A stretch of 64,000 nucleotides of DNA from Leucoraja erinacea (Eukaryota). Below the pieces are notes generated by a model. The model was not told the origin of the DNA, made no database searches, and saw only the letters and a program-made list of their open reading frames with translations. The DNA is taken from NCBI RefSeq assembly GCF_028641065.1, contig NC_073387.1, positions 38,502,001-38,566,000 on the forward strand, read 5' to 3'. How positions within the stretch are numbered: the stretch's first letter is position 1; every line of letters begins with the position of its first letter. Below are positions 50,390 to 63,042 of the stretch, in pieces. A program made the position numbers and the translations under genes.

Positions 50390-51722
50390 GCTTTATAGGA
50401 CTTGGGTCCGGCAGCATTTGGAGTATTACATGCAGTTCTGGTCATCCCATTCCAGGAAGGATGTGAAAGCTTTGGAAACGATACAGAGAAGGTTTACCAG
50501 AATGATTCGTAGATTAGCGGCATTAGATCTTAAACCCATTCTCCTGCCTTCTCCCCATAACTTCTGACACCTGTACTAATCAAACATCTATCTATCTCTG
50601 CCTTAAAAATATCCACTGACTTGGCCTCCACAGCCTTCTGTGGAAAATAATTCCACAGATTCACCAGCCTGACTAAAGAAATCTCTCCTTATCTCCTTCC
50701 TAAAAGAACATCCTTTAATTATGAGGCTGTGACCTCTAGTCCTAGACATTCCCACTAGTGGAACCATCCTCTCCACAGCCACTATATCCAAACCTTTCAC
50801 TATGTATCAATGAGGTCCCCCCTCATTCATCTAAACTCTACCGAGTACAGACCCAGTGCCGACAAACGCTCATCATAGGTGAACCTACTCAGTCCTGGGA
50901 TCATTCTTGTAAACCTCCTCTAGACCTTCTCCAGAGCTAGTGCATCCTTCCTCAGATATGGTGCCCAAAAATTGCTCAAAATATTCCAAATGCGGCCTTA
51001 CCAGCACCTTATAGAGCCTTAGCATTACATCCCTGTTTTTGTATACAAGCCCTCTTGAAATCAATGCTAGCCTTGAGTTTGCTTTCTTTACTACTAATTC
51101 AATTTGCAGATTAACTTTTTGGGAATCCTGCACCAGCACTTTCAAGTCTGTTGCATCTCCGATTTCTGTATTCTCTCCACATTTAGAAATTAGTCTACAC
51201 CTTTATTCCTACTACCAAAATGCATGACTTCATACTTTACCACACTATATTCCATTTGCCACTTCTCTGCCCACTCTCCCAACCTGTCCAAGACCTTTTG
51301 CAGAGTCCCTGTTTTCTCTACACTACCTGTCCTCTCACCTATTTTTATATCACAAACTTGCCCACAAAGCCTTCAATCCCCTCGCCCAAATCATTAATAT
51401 ACGACGTGAAGAGTGGCCCCAGCACTTACCCTTGCGGAACTCCGCTGGTCACTGGCAGCCAACCAGAAAAAGCCCCCTTCCTTGCCACACTTTGTCTTCT
51501 GTCATCCAGCCAAACTACTCTCCATGCTAGTATCTGCCCTTTGATACCGTGGGCTCTAATCTTCCCTTGTAGCCTCATGTGTGGCACCTTATGAAAGGCT
51601 TTCTGAAAATCTAACTACATCTACTGTCTCTCCATTGTCTGTCCTGCTATTTACTTCTTCAAAAAATTCCAGCAAATTTGTCATACAAGATCTCCCCTTC
51701 ACAAAGCTATGGTGACTTCAGC
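50390..51722 (-). mobile_element. CR1 LINE fragments (+ 50390-50500; - 50530-51722 RT region)
   Basis: VRPHLEY, KVPH, VTSGVPQG motifs with frameshifts. Confidence 0.85.
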
Positions 51723-52654
51723 CTATACAATATTTTGAACTGTTTATTTTCTGATAAGATAGCATCACCCAGCTTGAAGAAGTAGATAAATAAAACATTA
51801 AGGATTGGCATGATTACTAGGTAAGATTTAAAAAATCTAATATGGACTTGCAAATTAACTCATTACTAAACACCAGATCAGTGCATTGACATGATGGGTA
51901 AAAAGGTTTTTAACCAAGGGAATGCAATTAAATATAGATCTCTTATTTTTTAACATGTTTGCATAAAAGTATTTTCTACATTACCTCAATACTAAAAGTA
52001 ATGTTTAAATGTGATGTCAAGGTCCAATTTGGGATCAGAAGAAAATAGAGTGAGAATTTTGGAGGAGAATGGAAGGTGAATCAACTGCATTGTCAGAGCT
52101 TATTTTCACAGAACACACACACACGTGATTTTACTTTTAATGATTGGTCTTTCTTTCCTGCTTTGTAAATATTTATATTTTCAAACATTTGAAAAAGAGC
52201 TTTGTCTGGATGTCTATGAGTTCATTTGCAGAGCTCTCTTCTTGGCAGGATAATTAATCAGCTGGAGAGAAAATAACTAATGGAAATAAGTGTCTGGCTA
52301 GTCAGACCCTGAGCTATAGCTTTAGGTTTGCATCTTTTTTTTAACGGATGAAAGCCTTCAGAAGGGTGTTCCATAATATAAGTGGAACCTGTCCTTTGTG
52401 TTTGATGCTGTAGTTGTATTCCACTTAAGAAATCTTTGGTTCTAATGACTTTGTGGAGTGGAGTAAAACATGTATTGACTATTTTCAGCATAAGCCACAG
52501 AGGACTATTTTCTGCCCCTGCATAATCTGTTTTGAAATACTGTAGCTGAGGATAAACTGAAAGATACTTCAAAATAGTAGTAAATTAAATGCCGAACATA
52601 TTCAACCAACGTAGAATAACAATTAACAGATGCTTGAACAAAATCGGCCAATTT

Positions 52655-52950
52655 GGGGAGACACAGTGGCTCAGTGGTAGAGTTGCTGCCTTACAGCGCC
52701 AGAGGACCCAGTTTGATCCTGACTATAGGTGCTGTCTGTACGGAGTTTGTATGTTCTTCCTGTGACCGCATAGGTTTTTGCCAGGTGCTCGGGTCTAAAG
52801 ATGTACAGGTTTGTAGGTTAATTGCCTTTGGTAAGTTGCAAAATTGTCCCTAGTGTGTAGGAGATTATTAGTGTACGGGATGATCGCTGGGCGGTGCAGA
52901 CTAGGAGGGCCGAAAGGCCTGTTCCCGCGCTGCATCCCTCAAGTCTAAAC
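52655..52950 (+). mobile_element. HE1-type V-SINE
   Basis: Head, V-domain and tail match the other copies. Confidence 0.8.
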
Positions 52951-53679
52951 CAATGAGAATTTATCTCAAAAAGAGATAATTTAAAAGTGAACTCAATTCA
53001 AAAGTGAACATTCAAGCCACTTTTGTATGTTCCAGTGGTTTGGTAGCATTATAGTAAGGCCGTTTTCCTCATTGTGAATGGGTTGAATACACATCTTGAA
53101 TTCTACAACTAATATCAAGGCAGGCAAGCTGTGAAGGTAGTACAGAGGGGACTGTTAGGTTGACTGCACTGCTATTATGAAGAGTCGGAGAAATTTGGAT
53201 CTTTTCCAAGGTAAAAAATAGGCGATGATACAGAAGCATACAGGGTTGAGACGTAATGATTATTTTAAAAAAAACTATGCCTTATATTCCTTTAAATTAT
53301 ACTGTGGAAAATTGAATTTGGGAATATATCAGCCAGGAGAATTCGCAAAAAAAAAAATTATAACCAGTATCAGTAAAGTTTTCTTTATGCAGGAATCAAT
53401 ACATTTTCAAATGGAGCAGTGGTGGAAAATAAATCTTGAGTTGATCAGATACAGTGGGATAATCCAGTGGACAGAATATTAAATTTCTCCCTGAATTGAT
53501 GACCTAAGTTTATAATGATCTTTGAAGAAAAGTTGAGTCTTTACTTAGATTAGGCTAAAATAAATGTTTGGTTTTGAACCCTTGCAATTTGTATAAAGGA
53601 AAACATAAGTCACAGTGGACACCATCTCTGTTATATTACATTCAGCTCTGGATTACTCTGACGATAAAAGCACCTAAGG

Positions 53680-54950
53680 CAGGAGGTATATCTGCTCAGC
53701 TTTCACCATAATACCAAGTAAACCGATCCCTGAACTTCTGGATCTTGCCTTGGGGCCTCTACCTGCAACTGGTTTCTGGACTTCCTGACCGGCAGACCTC
53801 AGTCAGTTAGAATTGGTTATACCATTTCTTCCTTCCTGACCCGCAACATTGATGTCCCTCAGAGTTATGTGCTCACTCACTTACTCTACTCCCTGTACAC
53901 CCACGACTGTCTAGTTAGGTACGTCATTAACTCAACCTTTAAATTTGCCAGTGTTGTTTCACTGTTGACAGCTGGATTAACAACAGTGATGAGACAAAGT
54001 ATAGGAAAGAGATTAAGAACCTTGCGTAATGGTCAAGGACAACACCCTATCCCTTAATAGCAGCAATTTGAAATAGTTGTTTGCGTAGGAAGGAACTGCA
54101 GAAGCTGGTTTACATCGAAGATAGACACAATATACTGGAGTAACTCAGCGGCTCAGACAGCATCTCTGGAGAAAAGGAATAGGTGACATTGTGGTTTGAG
54201 ACCCTTCTTCAGACTTCTTCAGAGTTGGTTGGTGACCAAATGACAGGGGGAACATAACTTGGTGTTATCAACAAAGCAGCATTAGTAGAGATGGTCAATG
54301 GCTTCATATCACCTGGTCCCTTCACATTAGTGTGATGATTAATAAAGAGAACCGAATCGCTACTTTCTTAGGCATCTGAGAAGAGTTGGCAGGTCTATGC
54401 GGATTCTCTTGAACCTCTTCAGATGAGCTATAGAAAGGATTCTGATGGGATGTATCTCCAGCTGTACAACAACTACTATTCTCTTGACCATCTAAACCTG
54501 CAGAGAGTGGTGAATATAGCCCAATCGATCATACTCTCATCCGCTCCATCCAGTTAATCTTCAGGAAGACCGATGTATTGTCGAGGATGTCTATTTTCTG
54601 GCAATTTCCTGACATCTGGGAGAAGACACAGGAAGTTCAGATGTTCAGATGTCCAGGCTTAAAAACTGTTTTTCCCCCCACTATTCTTAAACCCGTGAAC
54701 TAATCACCTCTTTCACAATCCCTTCCTGGAGATGCTGCCACGTATTCTTAACTCCAACTCATTCAGTCATTTTGGTTATTGCACTTTAATTAATTTGCTC
54801 TACTTGGGATTACACTGCAATCTTGCACCATTCTGCTGTTTTGCACTCTTTTATTCTATTTATGCTATTAATCATTACTGTATGTGACCCAGTAAATCTG
54901 TCAGCTTTATGTAAACAAGACTATTTTATGGTGCAGATGACAATAAACTC
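53680..54950 (+). mobile_element. Degenerate Rex1/Babar-like fragment
   Basis: [38 protein letters not shown]. Confidence 0.7.
54083..54215 (-). mobile_element. Penelope-like terminus inserted in a Rex1-like fragment
   Basis: aggaactgcag...gagacccttcttcagact. Confidence 0.7.
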
Positions 54951-55057
54951 ATCTCAATGTGATTTTGAATTGATAACGTCATCCCCATAGTTAAGACCCA
55001 ATGGAGAAATATTGCTTTAGAATAAGTTTGTGAGAAGATAAATATTTTTTTCCTTAA

Positions 55058-55282
55058 AGACACAAAATGCTGGAGTAACTCAACGGGACATGCAGCATCT
55101 CTGGAGAGAAGGAATGGGTGACACTTTTGGATGAGCCCTTTCTTCAGACTGGTCTGAAGAAGGGTCTCGTCTTGGTGTCACCCATTCCTTCTCTCCAGAG
55201 AAGTTGCCTGTCCCGCTGAGTTGCTCCAGCTTTTTGTGTCTCTCTTCAGCTTAAACCAGCATCTACAGTTCTTTCCTACACA
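55058..55282. mobile_element. Palindromic Penelope-terminus element
   Basis: Inverted arms about ttcagactggtctgaag. Confidence 0.75.
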
Positions 55283-55767
55283 TTTATTTTCTAAGTTTGC
55301 TTCCAATGTTGTTGATCCTGTGCCTCAGATTGTGATGAACATTACTATTCCATAAACCTAATAAAATACTAACATTAAAGTAAAATTTATAATTGCTAGA
55401 AGACTTTCTTATTTATTGTTAATTATTTTGGAATTAAGAATATATTTTGTTGAACACCTAACCTTACATCACATTTTCACCTAGGATTGACATTTGGAGA
55501 ATGGAGTGAAAACATTCAGAATCTGAACTTAATTTCACTTCAAATTAAAGGAAATGTTCTGTTAATTATAAAGCACTCTAGCTTTAAAACAAATACATCC
55601 TTTATTTGCATATTAAGTAGTTCTGATGAAAGTCCAGTAGATATATATTTTTTCTCTTTCTTATAGTTGACTTTTAATCTTTTTACTTCAGATTATATGG
55701 TTGACTTTAAGCAAATAGACGTCTCTAAATATGTAAACAGTAAATTTGCTAATGTTTAATCTTGTAT

Positions 55768-56430
55768 TGTTTATTCTTCTTGCGTACTTCTTGCGAATGG
55801 CGTGCACAGCCTAAAGACATCCCGGCCAGGACAGCATCAGTTACTGGGTGGATGGCTTTGATGCCACCGGGGAAAAGCCTCAGTGGGCAGTCATTCACGA
55901 TGTGTGGGATGGTCTGGTCTGGATGTCTGCAGTCGCTAGCAGGGCTGTCTGTCATCCCCCACTAATGCAGGTGATGGGCTGTTCTTGCATGGATGGGTGC
56001 GGATCCTGTTCAGGGTTAACCATTGCTTGCGATGGAGGTCAAAACCCAGTGGTTTCACTGTGGCGTCTGTGATGACCTCTCCGTTGTTGGTGTTGGCATC
56101 TTTCCAGGCTCTGCGCCACTAAGTCGTGGAGTCAAAGTCTTCCAGGGATTTAACGGAAGACCAGAAAGGTTTGTGGGCCTTCAGGCGCATGTTGGGCAGT
56201 TTGTTCAAGTCAGCATGGATGGGAAGTTCAGGGTTAGCCTCGATGGTGCGCCAATCTTTTAACATCCTCTCCCTCCTGTGTATGCTGGGAGGGGCAATAT
56301 GTGAGAGGACAGGGAGCCACTGCAAAGGTGTTGACTTAAACATCCCTGTGATGACCCGCATTGCAGATTTAAGGATAATGTCAACTTGTTTGGTGTGGCA
56401 GCTATTAGCCCAAGCTGTTGAGCAAAACTT
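55768..56430 (-). mobile_element. Non-LTR retrotransposon 3' fragment, I-group, Vingi/Ingi-like
   Basis: HTKQVD..L.SAMRVITG..KSTPLQWLPVLSHIAPPSI.R, zinc-knuckle-like DC.HPDQTIPHIVNDCP, and a cgcaagaagaa tail. A short matching tail lies at 32057-32097. Confidence 0.6.
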
Positions 56431-58299
56431 GGTTGTTTGTTTATTACAGTCACACCATATAGTAGAGCTATGCACGTGCAGAGAACATCTGTTAGATCAA
56501 GGTGTTATCAGCAAGGATATTTTACACACTAGTCTGATGACAATATTTATAAAATGGTTGCTCTCAAAATTTTTTAACCACCATATTTTCCCATTAAGGT
56601 CAAGCATTACCAGAATAAATTCTATTGCAGGTAGACTTTTCAGGAAACGTGTTACATGATTGCAAATGAATGCACAGTAATTTATCAGAATTTTTTATAT
56701 AAACATACTCACATAAGCAAATGTTGCAATAATCCAGCCCTGTCACAGTCCATGTGAGTTCTTCTCTGTGTAACAGTAATATATCTAAACTGGAATACAA
56801 AATGCTCACAGGTTGAAAAAATCTTCCCATCCAAATAATAGAGGTGGTTGCACTTCAGCTCTACATAATACATACAAGGAATCAATTTGCCTGTCAAATA
56901 AATATTGTTGGTTAGCAATAATTGCATCTGCACTTTACACTGGATTCAATATTATTTCAATGCAAGGTTTAGAATGAAAAAAATAATTTCCTTAAATGCA
57001 TTTTTTTTACAGCTTGTTCTCTATATGGTTTGACATTAACTGAAACAATAATTAAGTTGGAACATTTACAGATTCACAAAATAATTCTCAATATAGTGTA
57101 CGGAGCAGCAATCTACAATTGCCTACTCTCATATTTGCAGAGGTGTTAATATAGTTTACTGAAAAAAACTGGAACTGAATGAGGCAAAGTCAGAATACCC
57201 CCAAACATTATTAATATTTATATTCAAGAAGACTATTATTCAATTTTGCCGATAAATAAATATTCATTAGACTGGGACTAGTCAATTTATAATTGGTTCT
57301 TGTAATACTTTTAAAAATGGCTAAGATGAAAAGAATTGAAGTGCAATACACATATTACATCTTGAATAAAATGAAAATCAAGAATGTTATTTTGTTTCTA
57401 AAATAAAGCAAAAACATTGCTATGGTAACAATGGAGCACAGGATAATTCCTTATGCTAGTCAGAACCTTTTGCTGAATAACTGACTCATGACACATTACC
57501 TAACATAATTACAATGCTTGTGATTACAATAAGCAAGGCTATAAGTAAAAGTAATCCTGGAAATCACAGAGGTATTCTATCTAGATGACTTGTAGCTGTT
57601 ATTTTATAACATTTTATTTTATATTTTTGTGAATGCCTAAGGAACGTAAAAGTGTTCAAGAATAATCTTTGCTTAATCATACTTTGTTTTTATTCATTTG
57701 GCGTTACATCACAAATTCCTAGCTTACTCAAAATTTGAAATAAACGGTAAGTGCAATTTCTTTTGATAATACAATTAGGATTTAAATTAGCAGTAACTAA
57801 GTGCACAAATTAACACAATTTCCTGTCAGCTTTGTGCAGTTTTGTTTATGTTCTTCCCTTAAATATAAAAAAATATTATTTGATACAGTGGCTTGTACAA
57901 TTACACTAAATTTATAGCAGTGGTCACCATGACAATGGAATATATGTAGGAGCACACATATATTCTTCTTTTATTATAGTTTACAATTTTTCAAAGGAAA
58001 AACATATTTCTGTTTAAGGAGCCAGAAACACTCTGCTGGTGTTGGGTTTCGACCTGAAATGTCATCTATCCCTCAGACAGGTGCTGTCAGACCTGCTGAG
58101 TAGCTCCAACAGTTTGTTTCTTTTTGTTCCAGATTCCAGCATTAGCAGCTTCTTGTGTCTCTAGCTTTCTCTTTAAGGATACCGTATCTTATTGAATTAG
58201 CGTGGTCAGGGATTTAAGCCATTTTACACCTTGTTTGCATCCACAATGTCAAAATGGAGCTGAGCCCCCTCTGACCATGAACAAAAGCATACTTTCATA

Positions 58300-58469
58300 T
58301 GTAGAAATAAAGAACTGCAGATGCTGGTTAACACACAAAAGGACAGACAGTGCTGGAGTAACTCAGCAGGTCAGGCAGTCTCTCTGGTGAACATGGATAG
58401 GTGATGTTTCTGGTCAAGATCCTTCTTCTATCCATTCTCTCCGGAGATGTTGCCTGAGATGCTGAGTTA
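58300..58469. mobile_element. Palindromic Penelope-terminus element, interrupted; resumes at 59862
   Basis: The consensus gctgagttactccagc is split at TTA by the MITE and CR1. Confidence 0.65.
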
Positions 58470-59063
58470 AGGGCCTGTCCCATTGGATGACCTAATCCAT
58501 GAGTTTAGAAGACCCTAGACGATTTGAAAAAAATGTCAAGGTTGTGTTGACTCGCCAAAGTAAAAGATCTCCAATGACCTACTAGGACTATGTCTACAAC
58601 CTCCCACGACTATGTCTACGATATCCTACGTCCCCCCTTGACCTCAGTCTTCCACACCTAAGACCAACTACGACTTGCTACGAGTGGAAAATGATCGCAT
58701 GATAAAATTATGTCATGTTTGCATTTTTTTCTCGGGCCAGTTACCGACCAACGACTATGTATAATTACCTACGACTACCATCACGAGCTACTACGACCTA
58801 CCTACGACCCACCTACAAATAAAAAGTATCGATTTTTTCCATGCCGACCTTTTTTTTACTCGTGGACATTTTTTATCAGGCTGGAAAAAACGCCGCAACC
58901 TACTTGAGGCCACGAGTACGTGGAGACCACTCACGGGCATGAGGAAGAGTTACAAAGACCTCATACGACCTCCTATGACCTCGTGGCGACCATGCTGCGA
59001 GTATGAGTCAAGCAGAAATTCGGCAGAGATCACCAATTAGGTCATGAAAGTGGGACAGGGGCT
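58470..59063. mobile_element. Non-autonomous DNA transposon (MITE), PIF/Harbinger-like
   Basis: About 27-bp imperfect TIRs agggcctgtcccattggatgacctaat / attaggtcatgaaagtgggacaggggct; TTA target; internal ctacgac repeats. Confidence 0.72.
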
Positions 59064-59860
59064 TTGGTGGCAAAAACGGGAAAGCAGACTATTATCTAAA
59101 TGGTGGCCGATTGGGAAAGGGGGAGATGCAGCGAGACCTGAGTGTCATGGTACACCAGTCATTGAAAGTAGGCATGCAGGTGCAGCAGGCAGTGAAGAAA
59201 GCGAATGGTATGTTAGCTTTCATAGCAAAAGGATTTGAGTATAGGAGCAGGGAGGTTCTACTGCAGTTGTACAGGGTCTTGGTGAGACCACACCTGGAGT
59301 ATTGCGTACAGTTTTGGTCTCCAAATCTGAGGAAGGACATTATTGCCATAGAGGGAGTGCAGAGACGGTTCACCAGACTGATTCCTGGGATGTCAGGACT
59401 GTCTTATGAAGAAAGACTGGATAGACTTGGTTTATACTCTCTAGAATTTAGGAGATTGAGAGGGGATCTTATAGAAAACTTACAAAATTCTTAAGGGGTT
59501 GGACAGGCTAGATGCAGGAAGATTGTTCCCGATGTTAGGGAAGTCCAGGACAAGGGGTCACAGCTTAAGGATAAGGGGGAAATCCTTTAAAACCGAGATG
59601 AGAAGAACTTTTTTCACACAGAGAGTGGTGAATCTCTGGAACTCTCTGCCACAGAGGGTAGTTGAGGCCAGTTCATTGGCTATATTTAAGAGGGAGTTAG
59701 ATGTGGCCCTTGTGCTAAGGGGATCAGGGGGTATGGAGAGAAGGCAGGTATGGGATACTGATTTGGATGATCAGCCATGATCATATTGAATGGCGGTGCA
59801 GGCTCGAAGGGCCGAATGGCCTACTCCTGCACCTAATTTCTATGTTTCTATGTTTCTATG
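59063..59860 (+). mobile_element. CR1-clade LINE 3' fragment, same subfamily as 16607-18056
   Basis: Near-identical RT C-terminal coding sequence and tail. Confidence 0.93.
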
Positions 59861-62654
59861 TTTACTCCAGCTTTTTAAATACGTTCCCGTGGTTTGGGTC
59901 TTTTTTCATGTAGATACAATACAATTATTCTTAGAAGTCAATCAGTACTTTGAACAACTGAGCAACTTAATTAAGCAGCAATCAGATCACAAATTGAAAT
60001 TCAGCTTTTTTTCCTCATTTGCATTTGACAATTGCAATCCCACGATATCGAAGACAATTTAAAAGTTCACCAATAACTTGCTAATCTGAGCCAAATGTCT
60101 CAACCAGTAAGTCGAGATTCTGGTGAGAATGTATGTTCATAGTAAAGGGTAATTTGAAAGAGTACAGCCATGTATTAGTATGGCACTAGTGATTAGTTAT
60201 GTTCCTCAGTAAAATTTAATTGACTGATTCTTTCATACCATTCTTCCAAATAAAATACTTTTTGATGTGTAAAGCAACTGCATTGTGGGTAAGCAATATA
60301 ATGTATTATCCTGCAATAAGTTGTTCAAAAAAATCAGATTAAAAGTATTGAATACATTTCAGTTGGAGCCATATAGTATGTTATTAAATTGAAATCTTCA
60401 GCATGCCAAGCAAGGTTGTCAACACTTGAAATATAGTGTAGGAAGCAATTTTCATATTCTCCACAAAAAAAAACACCTTTGTACGCGAGTGCTCACGTGC
60501 ATGTTGAATATGTACTACTTAAAATGTTTCTTTATATTTTGAGGGCATGAAGGATATGACTGCAGCGAAGGATATTTGTTGCAGTGAGTTCAAATTATGC
60601 TTAGATGGTCAAAGGGATCACCAAAGCCCTTTTGTATCCAACTTCATGTTGCACTTACAGTATATCATAGTCCATACAACACCTCCTGGATTTTGATGAT
60701 TTCCTGGGCAATGTAATGGATATGTTTCGGCACCTACTGAAATTTCTGTTCTGTTAACTACACTTCGATGTTCTGCGTCTTCTAATAAATTGACATTGAT
60801 CAGTCTGTGACCAGGTGAGCTGTCACTGTACAGAGTAGCAGTTCGTCACTTGACCCGTGTCAAAAATAACCAGAAAGAAAAGCCCAGTCAAGGCAAGGAA
60901 AAGGCAGAGAAGAAGGTATCACACCTTGAACATTAACTCTGCTGGTAAATCAAAACACGTTGTATGGTTTGATTACTGTTAGCATGATGGTTGGCAAATC
61001 TAGGAATAGTCACTTAACAATTGAAGGCATGGGCTAGAGGATGGCAATATATAACTGCTCATGTTCATGTTCCTTTAGAAAAATTATTAGTTTGGTGACA
61101 TTAATCAGCTGAGAATGAAAAAGGAGAAGGAAGCACTGGCCAAATGGATGTATGCATGATAATTGTATAATAATTGTATTTTGCTGATAATTTATATTAT
61201 TCCTATACTACCATTGAAAAAAATAGAGATAAAACAAATTTAAGAAGGATGTACTACCCCTTGAATTATCTTTCAAATTATACCGGGTAATTTTTGAGAA
61301 ACAAATGTAAAATTACTTAGATTAAAATTGAATTTCAACTATTTAGATTTCATTCTTGGTAAAAGATCAACTTAATTTGCAAAGAAAAGGTGCAAGCTGG
61401 GCATTTGCTTGAGAAAGTGACCAAAAAGATCAAATATAAATTTGCTATTTGAGTTAAAAAAAACTGATTTGCAGCTTTTTGATTAAAACGATTATTTGAA
61501 TATTAGTCAAGTTGTTTTCCGAGAAGATGGCAGGCAGCCATTTTTTTTAAAGATCCATACGTTTGATCTGAAGTCTTTGAGGAGAGGTTACCAGAATGAT
61601 ATTTCCAAAGAAAGTGACTTGGCAAATATATATATATATATTTTTTCCCATTTGGATATTGGATACTGTTAGCATTTAAAAAAAACAGTTAAGTATATCT
61701 GATTTGCAAAGTATTGCAGTCCAGCCAAAAGAATAGTAAGTCAATTTTCTTCTGAAACCCTTCATTATACTCACAGTTGTGCCTGCTATGGTATTGATGG
61801 AATGATGGGGGTGGGATCGGTGTGGATTTGCAACATGGATTTGGGGACAGTAACTCTGTACAGTATGTATGAGGAAGTTGTTTCTAGCTGCTCTGTACTT
61901 GTATGAAGGGGGTTCCTGATACTGGTGTGAGGTTACTCTGTGCTGATACTGGAGTTGGACATTATGCAGCTATAAAAAACCACCAACAGTTGATAAATCC
62001 TGTACTGTACTCTGTCCTTACCAGCCTTATTTTAGTACCTTATTTCCTCGTCTCCAATAGTATTAGAATCTCTCCTTTTTGTCTTTACACGGATTGTGAA
62101 GCTTCCTCCTTGAGAATATCTAAAGCATTTGTCTGCATGCCCCCAACAACCCATCCCACCTAATTATTCTTTAACACTTCTCAGACACTTCATTTTCTGT
62201 TGCAATGAGATAAAGGACTGGGGAGCATGGATTTTTCTTATCACCCAGATCTCTACATGCATGTGATTATTATCAGACTTGTATTTGCATGCTTTTTCAG
62301 ATATCTATTTCAAGTCTACTAAACTTATGCGGAAGGTTATATATATTCTCAAATAATTTGAATTGATAGTGTGTATTATTGTTTGCAGAGATTCACTTTC
62401 AAAGGTAAGTTGATCTGGTATTTACATTGTAGCACTGATACCATGGCGCATGTGCATGGTCATGACACCATTGCAGAGGTCATTAAATATCTTCCTGCAT
62501 ATTAGCAAAGGTTTACTATGGCATCCAAAATCTTTGCATTTCTTCCCATTAAGTCTGAACCATCCTGCTGATGAAGTTTGCAATCTAGCCTCCAAATTAC
62601 ATTTTTATTTCTCAAGGTAATTGTTTCTTTTACATTGCCCTGTATACGAGGCTA

Positions 62655-62958
62655 CTTTAGACTTTAGACTTTAGTGATACAGTGCAGAAACAGGCCCTTC
62701 AACCCACCGAGTCCACGCCGACCAGCGATTACCCCATACACCAGCACTATCCTACACTTCAGGGACAATATACAATTGTACCAAAGCCAATTAGCCTACA
62801 AACCTTTGGAGTGTGGGAGGAAACCAGAGCACTGGGATAAAACCAATGCAGTCACAGGGAGAACGTACAAACTCCTTACAGAAAACTCGTTGTCAGGATT
62901 GAACTTGGGTCTCTGGAGCAGTAAGGCAGCAAATCTACTGCTGTGCCACCATGCCGCT
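62655..62958 (-). mobile_element. HE1-type V-SINE
   Basis: Reverse complement; tttagac tail repeats. Confidence 0.8.
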
Positions 62959-63042
62959 CTATTGAGTCCAATTCTCTTGGGAATCTGACCAGCAGGGAAA
63001 AGAAGAATGCAACTCAATCCCACACGACAGAACACATTTCAT

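Noticed and set aside
58575-58990. Repeating ctacgac units resembling an array
   Set aside because: Degenerate internal repeats of a MITE; no repeat-spacer periodicity and eukaryotic context, so not CRISPR
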